NCBI GenBank assembly: GCA_951406725.2
Contig: OX597833.1
Span: 38,812,001-38,876,000, forward strand
Direction: 5' to 3'
Length of the DNA stretch: 64,000 nucleotides
Source: Octopus vulgaris
Taxonomy: Eukaryota
Shown here: positions 54,000 to 64,000 of the stretch, in pieces
How the letters are laid out: each line of letters begins with the position of its first letter
How positions within the stretch are numbered: position 1 is the first letter of the stretch
Program-made: the position numbers and the translations under genes
The notes under the pieces: generated by a model
The model's input: the letters and a program-made list of their open reading frames with translations, nothing else
What the model was told of the DNA's origin: nothing
Databases searched by the model: none

Positions 54000-54340
54000 G
54001 AAAAGGCTCTTCAATGATACAGTCAAAATATTACTGAAGTGCTTTGAGATCAACCCTGACACCTAGGAAATGCAAGCAAAGGATTGCCCTGCTTGGCATA
54101 GCTATATCAACAGAGGTTCCACTCCTACGAACAGAACAGGATTGCAGGAGCATAAAGAAAACATGAGCGGCACAAGCCCAGATTCAACTCCTTGCTTTCA
54201 GTCTCAGTAGACCCCCCAGTGCCTGATCTGTGGCAGAACCTTCTGAGCACAGACTGGACTGATTGGCCACAGCCGGTCACACCATGACCCATCTTCTCCC
54301 ATGTGATGTCCTTGGTCATCGGCAACAATGATGGACAAAT
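54000..54340 (+). mobile_element. RTE/BovB-like LINE 3' remnant
   Basis: Homologous to the reverse complement of 730-1070: FNDTVK..LKCFEINPDT*EMQAKDCPAW and the tail TCCTTGGTCATC..CAACAATG..GGAC. Confidence 0.75.
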
Positions 54341-54839
54341 ATAATTATTATTAATATTATTATCATCATTATTATATATGGCAGTGAGATGGCAGAATCG
54401 TTAGCATGCAGGGCAAAATGCTTAGTGGCATTTCGTCTGTCTTTATGCTCTGAGTTCAAATTCTGCCGAGGTTGACTTTGCCTTTCATCCTTTTGGGGTT
54501 GATGTAATAAGTACCAGTCAAGCATTGGGGTTGATGTAATCAACTAGTCCCTGCATTGTGCTTATAGTAGAAAGGATTAATATTGTTACACAAACATACA
54601 CACATGTAACTGTGCCTTTGTGTTTCTCCTACCATCACAGCTTGGCAACTGATGTTGGTTTTTTTACATCCCTGTAATTAAGTGGTTCAGCAAGAGAAAT
54701 CAACCAAACTTTAAAAGATAAAATAAATACTAGGGCCAATTGTTTTGACTAAACCCTTCAAAGTGTTGCCCTAGCATGGCCACAGTCTAATGACTGAAAC
54801 AAGCAAAAAAATTTTTAAATATATAAAAGATATTCAACT

Positions 54840-55055
54840 TTTTCTCACAGAATATATTTTTAATCTAAAATCGAAAGCCATGATGATATATGATTTAGAA
54901 TGGTCTTATTCTAAACTCTCTGCCAAAGTGCAACAAGGAAACAGGAAGGATTGTCTGCTGTGTACATGTGAAGTACTGGAAATTAAAAGTGCTGATCCAA
55001 GTTCTTAAATTGATCAGAAACATGAGATTGCTATTAATTGCAAAATTTTACATGC
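54840..55055 (+). mobile_element. Penelope-like GIY-YIG C-terminal remnant (copy 2)
   Basis: LTEYIFNLKSK..YDLEWS..GNRKDCLLCTCEVLEIKSADP..KHEI resembles the PLE endonuclease tail (LSKYIW.LK..I.WSI..C.LC..EK..I..AD..LN.R.E). Confidence 0.65.
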
Positions 55056-56379
55056 TTTAATTTTTTTGTCAATTATCTCAAATGCAAAATTACAAAAAAA
55101 AAAAAGAAAAGAAAAAAAATGAGTGTTGCTATTCATGAAGAGAAAGATAATAAATTAAGCAATAATAAGACAAGAAATGAAAATTTAAAAAATTTGTCAA
55201 TATAGGATAATTTGCTTGGGATATTTTATATTCTTCCACTTATAATTAATTAATTTCTCAGTTCAATTTTGTATTATTTTAATCTATCATTTTTATGTCT
55301 TACTTTAACATTTTATTTTATTTCATCATACTTTAGAATTTTTTCTTAAATTTACTGTATGCATCTTTATCCATATCGGAATGAATGAGTGTGAGTGCAC
55401 ATGTGCATACATATACATTTTGTTATTAATAATCAACAAGATTTAAAGAGTGACTCAAGGGCCAAAAGTTTCATGCATTGGCAATTATCAGTTTGATTAA
55501 GTTCTGCTGATCATTAATACAAAAAAATATATATACTCATGTTTTGAGTTCTATTTTCTTGCAAACACACACATTCACATATATACGTTTATTTGCAATC
55601 TACTTGCATCTGATAAATATATGCATCCCTTATATTTATCAGTATGCATATACATGCATAGGATAATTTGCATGCATTAGTCTATATTCTTCCTCCATAA
55701 TTTTTTTCACAATTCATCTTGAATTTTTTAATCTATCATTTTTTTTACATTTAATTTATTTTAAAATTTGCTCTTAAACCTACTGCATGTGTATTCACCC
55801 ATATCTGCATATATCTGTATATATGTGTGTGCATGTGTCATTACACATGCATGTTTGTATGCATCTGTGTGTGTATATATGGTTATTTATTATTTGCATT
55901 TATTTGACTATACACTCATATTATCCTGTATTTGTCCATACATGTTTACTCATTTGGGTGTATATCTGTCTACGTGTGTATACATACATAGGGAGAATTC
56001 ACAAAAAAACAAAAGACAGGTGGTGTAGACAACAAACAGATGTATTAGTTTAACGCTTGGGAAGTGAAAAAGTCTTTAACATTTCGAGCCTATGCTCTTC
56101 CACAGAAAGGAATACAGAAAGAAACAAGGAGAGAAAATAAAGAATTTGTAGTGGCTACCAATCACAGGGGTCACACAGGAGAGCTAGGAAGAAAGGGAGA
56201 TAATAAAGTAGTGGTGATCCCAAAACAAAGGTGCACGTGTTTGTGTATAAGATAGCATATATATGCGTGTGGAAGAGGGCTGGTGACCTTGACATGTGCA
56301 TGTGTGTATGTGTAGGCATGTGGATGATGGTGTGGAGCTGGGAAGTGGTCAATGCTAGTGTGTGAATGGTGGTGTGATG

Positions 56380-56765
56380 TGATATGATATGGTGGTGTAT
56401 GGTGTGATGGTGTTGGGATGTGGGGGAGGCAAGAGTGGGGGAAAGCAAGGATGGGATGTGGGTTAGGCTGAGAGTGGGGGTAGAGGTGGGGTATGTGGGT
56501 TAGGCTGAGGGTGGGAGTAGAGGTGGGTATGTGGGTGTAAGGGATGGGGTGGGGGTGGGATGGATAGGGAAGGTGGGGTTGGATTGTGTAGGGGTTACAA
56601 GGGAGGGGTGACAATGAAGGGAGAGGGGGAAGGGAGGTGGGTAGAAGTGAAGAGAAGAGAGTAGGAATGAAGAGAAGTAGGAGTTGGAGCAAGAGAGGAG
56701 AGGTGGGTGGGAGGAAGTAGGTGTGAGAGGAAAGTCCAAAAGAAGGGAAGACGGGGGAAGAAAAT
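56380..56765 (+). repeat. G-rich low-complexity tract within a Penelope-like terminal-repeat derivative
   Basis: Many GGG runs and a duplicated GGGTTAGGCTGAG unit. It is preceded by a motif at 55990-56140 that is shared with 33420-33540 and 24390-24530. Confidence 0.7.
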
Positions 56766-56879
56766 TGCCAATGATTCACATGTGATTACATTTTGAAATG
56801 ACCAGAAGGGAATGGGTGAAGAAAAATTTGTTTAAAGACAGGAGAGTGTAAGAGAAGGAGGCATGTGTGTGTATGTGCA

Positions 56880-57245
56880 CTATAGAGACTGATCATACTA
56901 TTGAAACATGGAGACCAGATATGATCAAAGAGGGGTAAAAGAACAAACAGTATAAGATCATTGATTTTGCAATCCCATATTATTATAGAGTCGATATCAA
57001 GGAAACTGAGAAACTTGAGAAATATCAGAACTTATCCAGAGATGAAGAAACTGTGGAATACAGGGGTCAAAATTATTCGTGTGGTAATAATTGGTGCTTT
57101 CAGTACAATGCCGACATTATTTCTTAAGAAGCTGAAGGATATCAGAATCGAAATATATATTGATGATCTCCAAAAAGTGCCACCCTGTGTTCTGAAAGAA
57201 CCCTAAGAAAGATTCCTGAGATTTGAGGAGACTTGTCACAAAACC
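56880..57245 (+). mobile_element. R4/Dong-like non-LTR retrotransposon 3' remnant (restriction-like endonuclease)
   Basis: IETDHTIETWRPDMI..IIDFAIPY..KETEKLEKYQNL..EMKKLWN..VVIIGAFSTMP gives the RPD..D..EK..KY RLE motif. Confidence 0.8.
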
Positions 57246-57959
57246 TCAGAATATCATCATCATCATTTAACGTCTGTTTTCCATGCTGGCATGGGTTGGA
57301 CAGTTTGATTGGAGCTGATAAAGCCAGGGGCTGCAAGCTCCATTGTCTGTTCTGGCATGGTTTCTATGGCTGGATGCCCTTCCTAATGCCAACTACCTCA
57401 CAGAGTATACTGTATGCTTTTTATATGGCTTTTAATGTAGCACCAGCACCAGTGCTTTTTATGTAGCACTAGCAGAGGTATCAATTCTGCTATGGTAGGA
57501 GGGACCACTTTAGTACAGCTGTGCACCAAGATATCTTGGTTAAGTGTCTTGAGATCAGCCTTCAATACTTCATCCCATGTCTTTGTGAGTCTTCTTCTTC
57601 CATAAAGCTCCATCCACTTTAAGTGATTGGCACTTTTGTATGCAACTGTCTACATCCACGTGCACAAACCTCTGCTAATTAAAGTAACATGTAATAGATT
57701 TTGGAAAAGATTATGATGATGATGATTGCCATCATGTATATTCTGAGCCACAAGTCCTCAGAACATAAATGAACATAAAAGTAAATACCATACATCTCCA
57801 ATACAATAGCAACCAGTTCTGCCATTTATTGCCATTGCTTAATAACAAATGACTAGTTTGTCTTGCCTTATTGACTTGGTATAGCAAAGATCCAAAGCAA
57901 ATATTAAGTGGGCTTCTTGTTAGCATTAGTGTGAATTACATGATAGTAGTCTATTTATG

Positions 57960-58262
57960 TACAGTGTGATATCACAATGTAGTATCAGTGAAGTGCAATG
58001 TGATATCTGTGTAGCATCGGTGAAGTAATGTGTATCAGTGCAGCATCAGTGAAGTAGTGTGATTTTACACTGTATGGTCTCAGTAAAGTACAGATATCTT
58101 AGTGTAACTGTAGTAAAGTACAGTGTAATACCAGTAAAGTACAATGTGATATCAGTGTAGTCTCGGTGAATATAGTGTAATATTAGAGTGGAAGTTTCAG
58201 TAAATCACAGTATAATATCATAGTATGAAGTCAGAGTGAAGTATTATGTGATATCACAATGT
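57960..58262. repeat. Degenerate ~30-bp minisatellite
   Basis: Recurrent GTGATATCAGTGTAG..TCAGTGAAGT-like units. Confidence 0.75.
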
Positions 58263-58559
58263 ATTCTCTGATTTTAACAAGAGCCGCTTGCCAAAGATAT
58301 CCATTACAAATATAAATGAATATAATTGAAAGATTACAAGCATTTTCTTCTCAGCAACAACACTGCCACCACCATTATCAGTATAGCCATCTCGGTTTCC
58401 ACCACTATCATTGCCAATATGATGAGTACCTCTGCACAATTACCAACCCCTTCATCATTATTACCATGACTGCTACTGCTATGACTAAGCAGACCCTACC
58501 ACTACAATGGTAACAACAATGACAATCACCACTAACATACATCTGCCAGTTTCTTCCAG

Positions 58560-58586
58560 AGAGCTTCCTAGCTACCAACTGCAGAG
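58560..58586 (+). other. Candidate 27-nt microexon
   Basis: cactaac..tttcttccag|AGAGCTTCCTAGCTACCAACTGCAGAG|gtaaga. Confidence 0.3.
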
Positions 58587-58817
58587 GTAAGAGTTGCCTG
58601 GTCATTGTGGTCAGTTGCAGAGACTTTGTGGAGAAATCAATAGCAAATAATGAAATCCTCCACTCCCATCTAGTCATGTCACCACACATCCCTTCAAACC
58701 CAATCTATTTCCTTGGACAATTAAGGAGTCTTCAACCTTTTAATCTAGAAATAAAAGCAAGAGAATTTTACTTGAAAGGGATTTATTCCTTGACACATCA
58801 AACAAGTTAGTTTTACG

Positions 58818-58864
58818 CAGATAGATAGATAGAGAGAGAGAAACAGACAGACAGACAGGCAAAG

Positions 58865-58895
<31 letters not shown>

Positions 58896-58962
58896 AACAG
58901 AGAGATAGATAGATAGATAGTGAGAGAGAGAGAGAGAGATGGACAGGCAAAAAGATAGATAG

Positions 58963-59007
<45 letters not shown>

Positions 59008-59022
59008 CAGACAGACAGATAG

Positions 59023-59061
<39 letters not shown>

Positions 59062-59261
59062 TAGACAGGCAAAGAGACAGATAGATAGATAGATAGATAG
59101 AAAGAGAGAGAGAGAGACAAACAGATAGATAGACAGGCAAAGGGATAGATAGATATATATAGAGAGAAACAGACAGAAAGACAGGCAAAGAGATAGATAG
59201 TTAGATAGATAGATAGTGAGAGAGAGAGAGAGAGAAAAGAGAAAGAGACAAACAGGCAAAG

Positions 59262-59320
<59 letters not shown>

Positions 59321-59340
59321 TCAATAGGCATACAGATAAA
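58818..59340. repeat. Compound (GATA)n/(GA)n/(GACA)n microsatellite with a recurring ACAGGCAAA spacer
   Basis: Directly visible. It produces the long SIYL/SL ORFs. Confidence 0.95.
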
Positions 59341-61671
59341 CTAGACAAATAGATAGGAAAAATAAAGATACAGAAGAAATGGATAGTTTGACTGATCAAT
59401 AATTGATGAACCGAGTGATAGATTAATAAACTGAAGGAGAGACAGACTCAGAGATAAATAGATTGAGAGTTTGGTAGATTGATAGCTACATAAGCAGATA
59501 GGTAATTGATGGATTGATAGAGAAGGCAGAGTTAGCTGGACTGATGGTGAGATTAATATACTGATGGATAGAGGGACTAATAAGTAGACAAGACAGAGAG
59601 ACATAGAGAAAGACAGATAAAATAATAGAGCCAGAACAAATTGATTGGGATAACAGATGGGTAAACAGATATAGATTGATAAATGAAATGAAGAGAGAGA
59701 GAGAGAGAGAGAAAGAGAGCTGGACAGACAGATGGCTATTGCATTACTCTTCATTCTTCCTGCCCCTCCCCCGTTTTTTTTCTCCTTTCTTTCAAATGGT
59801 ATTTTGGAATCCTAACTACTGCTAACTAACAGGGCATGTTGCTAGTGATGACGATGACAATGGTGGTGCTGGTGGTGGTGGTAGTGGTTGGATGTAATGA
59901 TCATAGTTATGATGGTGGTGATGATAATGATGCTGATGATGATGATGATTGATGATGGTAATGATAGTGATGCTGATGATGGTGATGTTATGAATTAGTA
60001 GAAAGGCAGAGAGAGACATACAAATATGTAGGTGGATGGACAGACAGAGTTAACAGGTGACTCAGGAACTGGTTACCAAGTGTATGAAGAATCTATCTAT
60101 ACGAATCACATTAAGAACACCCTGGAATTGCCTTCCTGACCATATTTTTCCAACAGATGTCAACTTACAGATGTTGATGCTGAATAGGGATCCTAACAAG
60201 CTCACCGGTTTTGGATCTGCAGAGGTCACGGCTACTGTTCCTCTCAACCCTGCCATTTTCCAGACTAAACATAAAAAAATATTGCGAAGTTCTTTGACAT
60301 GATGTAACAACTTACTGCTGCTGGTGAACAGAGATCAGGTGATGGAATATTTAGTGGTCATCAAATATTATATTTTAATTTTGTGTCAGTTTAATATTTC
60401 AGAAGTGATGGTGCCTTTCATTTGGGAATTCAGCCAGAACATTTGCTGACAGTTGCTTCACAGCAAATAACAAGAACAAAGAGGAAAGAGAGAGAGACGG
60501 AGATAGAGAGAGAGAATTAAGCAAAGTCCTTAGTGAAAGGTCTTTGGGTTTAAACTTAGTAGAGAAACAGCAGCCATGAAAACTTGCATGTTCGATGGCC
60601 AGTATGTTGATGATGTCAAAAGGAAACTTTTAGGATGGGAAGGTATTTCTGCAACTATGAGGAGAGAAAGGGTTGAGCAAAACATGTAGGGGAAAGTAGT
60701 GCAACCAGCTTCCTCTCGTTTCCAACAAACACAAAAGGAGGAACTGAACTCGGCATTGCATGATTATGAAGCTGCTGTCAACTATGCAGTCACACATGTG
60801 AACATGTACATGTTTACACTATCTACAGTTAAATAAACTGAGCCAGTGATGATTATTAAATATTGACCAACTGACACAACACTGACAAAATGTGATAAAA
60901 ACAGACTATCTTTCATTTGATGGTCTGACCACTCTACTCACTCAGCCACCTGCAAATCTAAAATTATGGTTTCAAATTTTGGCACAAGGCCAGCAATTTT
61001 GAGGGAAGAGTTTGGTTGATTACATCAACTCCAGTACTTATTTTATTGACCCTAAAATGATGAAAGGCAAAGTTAACCCCAGAATTTGAACCCAGAATGT
61101 AAAGACACATGAAATGTCACTAGACATTTTGCCTGGCATGCTAACAACTCTGCCAAGTTCACTGCCTTGAAATTCTAAAATATTAACATCAGGCCTTTTA
61201 TATTATAAGTCCAATTTTCGCCAGGTTCAATTTGGGTCGATACAATAAGGACCAGTCAGGAACTGAGCTTTTGGTAGGCAACACTGACCTCCCCACCACC
61301 CAAAAAAAAAAGAAAAAAAAAAAGTAGCTAACATTAGAAATCATGTTATTATTTCTGTTGCCAGAAGGTGGTGAACTGGCAGAATTTTGAGCATGCTTGA
61401 CAAAATGTGTAACAGCATTTCTTGCAATCTTTTTGTAGTTAAAATACCACTGAGGTATACTTTTGTCTTTCATCCTTGATGAATTAAGTACCAGTTGAGT
61501 ACCAGGATCAATGTCATTGACTAGCACATCCATCCCAATATCAAAATTTCATATCCTATGCCTACAGTAGAAAGAATTATTTCTCTTGCCTTACCTTTGG
61601 ATACATTCCAAGCAATAACATTCATTAATTCCTCCATTCCACAGGTTTCCTTTAAATCTTGACTTTTTTTT

Positions 61672-61836
61672 TTATCTTTAACTTGTTTCAGTACTGCTGG
61701 GGTACTGCTTTGAAGGATTTTAGTCGAATAAATTGACCCCCAGGACTATTTTCTTAAAACCTAGTACTTATCCTATTGGTCTCTTTTGCTGAACCGCTAA
61801 GTTAACACACCAACACCAGTTATCAATAGGTGATGG

Positions 61837-61871
<35 letters not shown>

Positions 61872-62036
61872 GACAGGCTTCTTTCAGTTTCTGTCTACCA
61901 AATATACTTACAAGGCTTGGCTTGGCTTGGTCCATGGCTATAGTGGAAGGCACTTGCCATAGGTGTCATGCTGTGGCACTGAACCTGGAATCATGTTGGG
62001 AAGTAAGCTTCTTACCACACAACCATGTCTGCACCT
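61672..62036 (-). mobile_element. SINE family A, diverged
   Basis: Reverse copy. SINE B-related copies lie at about 60965-61170 (-) and 61365-61580 (+). Confidence 0.8.
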
Positions 62037-63520
62037 ATGTTGTGAAGCATTTTTTTCCTTTTGTTCATTTCTATTTCATACCAGAATGTAATTAAATATA
62101 AAGCAGATGTCAAACTGCCTTTCCCACTGAGCAACAACATACAATTTGATTTTTGTTATTGATTAACCTCAGGTCAACCCTGATTGAACAGATATGTGTT
62201 GAAAGGTTCCAGCTGTGACCATCCCATCTTTTTGTATATTATGGATTACATTACCTAAAATAACCTTTTTTTTCTTTTACAACACAGTAGGATGTAATTT
62301 AAGGGAGATTTGGTTGCTATTTCTAGCAAGTTGAGTGATCACATGGAGAACACCTCATTGGTTCCCATACAATATGGTTAATAACTAAGACAATTAACTC
62401 TACACACCCACCCTCACAGCACTGTTATTCCAACAGCTAACTTCACTCCCACATCGGCTGCATACACAGATGATGAAAGAGTAAGAAATCCCCACCAAAT
62501 ATTACTACCAAGCACAATAGAAGAGCAAGATTAGTTTAATAATTAACTAAGGCAGTTTGTAATCATGGCAAACATCAAAACTATCGATCAAAGAATATTA
62601 TGTGCGCACACGCATGCATACGCCTCCCTTCTATGCATATACACAAGCATATTGTGTTATGTTGCATTGTGAGTGCTTATTTATGCATATGTGCATCCAT
62701 GTGTATGCAGCAATGATTTTATGAGAACATTCCGATACACAGTATTTTTTTTCTCTATATGTACAATTGTTCACATGTTTTTGCATATATGCATCCATCT
62801 ATGCCAGTATGTATGTACACATTCTGTTATATATGAACTTAGCATAAGCACGTTTCTTTTTTCTGTATGAAGTTATCACATATTTACACACTTATATTCA
62901 GACACACAAATACTCACAGTAGTTGAAAAGAGCACAGCCCTGCACTTACATAAGAACAGTGTATACAGGCACAAATATTACACGTTCAAACGTACACACA
63001 CAATGCACAGATATAAAGCACACACAGACACAGTAAGTTATAATATATTTATATACACAAGCATGCAACACACAGACAAACACACAGCATGGATGCTACA
63101 TCCACAGACACACAAACCATGCATACATGCTAGCATGGATGGCTGGCTGCATATATAAACTACAGATAAGCACTCATCAGGCACAGACACACATGAAACA
63201 ACCTATAATGGCAGAATATTACAGCCACGAGCTTAGCTTTAGTAAACTATCACAGTTGTATATAAGTAGTTGAGCTTCAAGATAAATTTAATCAGTCACT
63301 ACAGTTTGAGGCAAAATTTTTCAAAAGATGTCCGATAAGTTGGCTTCCCAAAGACATCTGTTTCGCTAAACGACAAGCAGGAAACAATATGACTTACAGT
63401 TGACAATAAGACCACTCTAATCTATTTACTGGCCAATCTAATCTCAGACTTTGATATCTGCTACATACACATTATACACATACATTCACACATGTACGTA
63501 TGTATATATAAATGTATGTA

Positions 63521-63573
<53 letters not shown>

Positions 63574-64000
63574 GTATATATATGTATGTATGTATGTATA
63601 AATATCTGCCAAGGTTCCAAACAGAAAATGGGAGTTTGCATTATTCATTCATGTGTGACTCAAAAGTGGAATCGAAATCCAGCAAATACAATAATATTGA
63701 AACACATCAAAAGGAATGTCTCGAGTGAACACAAGAGATTTAACAGAAAATTGGCCAGTGCTAAGGAGATTAATGGAACTAATGCAATAAATAGCAGCAA
63801 ATGAAAGGGACTAGATTGGCAATTAGATTGGAGAACTTATTCATTTGGAAAGTCAGTATTGTCGCAATTTCGCACACAGTCAAAAGAAATGAGGGTGGGG
63901 TGCATGGGTATTCTTCTTGCTGTCCTTTCAATAAGAAAGAATAATAAGATAGGAAAGAGAGGAAGACTTATTCCTTTGATTGTATATTTTATGAAAATTA

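Noticed and set aside
52015-55055. 200-bp direct repeats as mutually exclusive exons
   Set aside because: They contain stops and frameshifts, and the peptide resembles the Penelope GIY-YIG tail.
56171-56779. 202-aa Pro/His-rich ORF
   Set aside because: It is the antisense reading of a G-rich low-complexity tract.
58740-59399. Long ORFs of 147-219 aa
   Set aside because: They are translations of GATA/GA microsatellites.
60057-60302. 81-aa ORF
   Set aside because: No recognisable domain. WNCLP resembles a decayed LINE C-terminus, but too weakly to call.
61595-61649. Minus-strand exon with donor AAG|gtaagg
   Set aside because: The acceptor is A-rich with no pyrimidine tract and the segment lies between SINEs, so support is insufficient.
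1-64000. Conserved miRNAs, rRNA, snRNA
   Set aside because: I recognised none by eye. An Infernal/Rfam scan would be needed to exclude them.

Overview
This is AT-rich, microsatellite-dense eukaryotic DNA. The SINE families and the (TA)/(CA)/(GA)/(GATA) load resemble an octopod cephalopod genome (recognition by eye, not a database result). I found no intact, recognisable protein-coding gene, rRNA, true tRNA or CRISPR array, and most of the supplied ORFs come from microsatellites or transposons. Most of the window is transposable elements: two tRNA-derived SINE families (A and B), an RTE-LINE 3' tail family (C), a TTAA piggyBac-type MITE (D), hAT MITEs, three Helitrons (one with a RepHel fragment), and RTE, R4/Dong, Penelope and mariner remnants. 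It also holds several long palindromes. The best host-gene signal is a chain of minus-strand exon candidates with strong splice sites (12547-12596, 8309-8377, 7872-7952, 7552-7700) plus a possible 12-nt microexon (2681-2692). This suggests the 5' end of a large minus-strand gene or a lncRNA. I cannot claim a new biological system. Coordinates of degenerate repeats are approximate.
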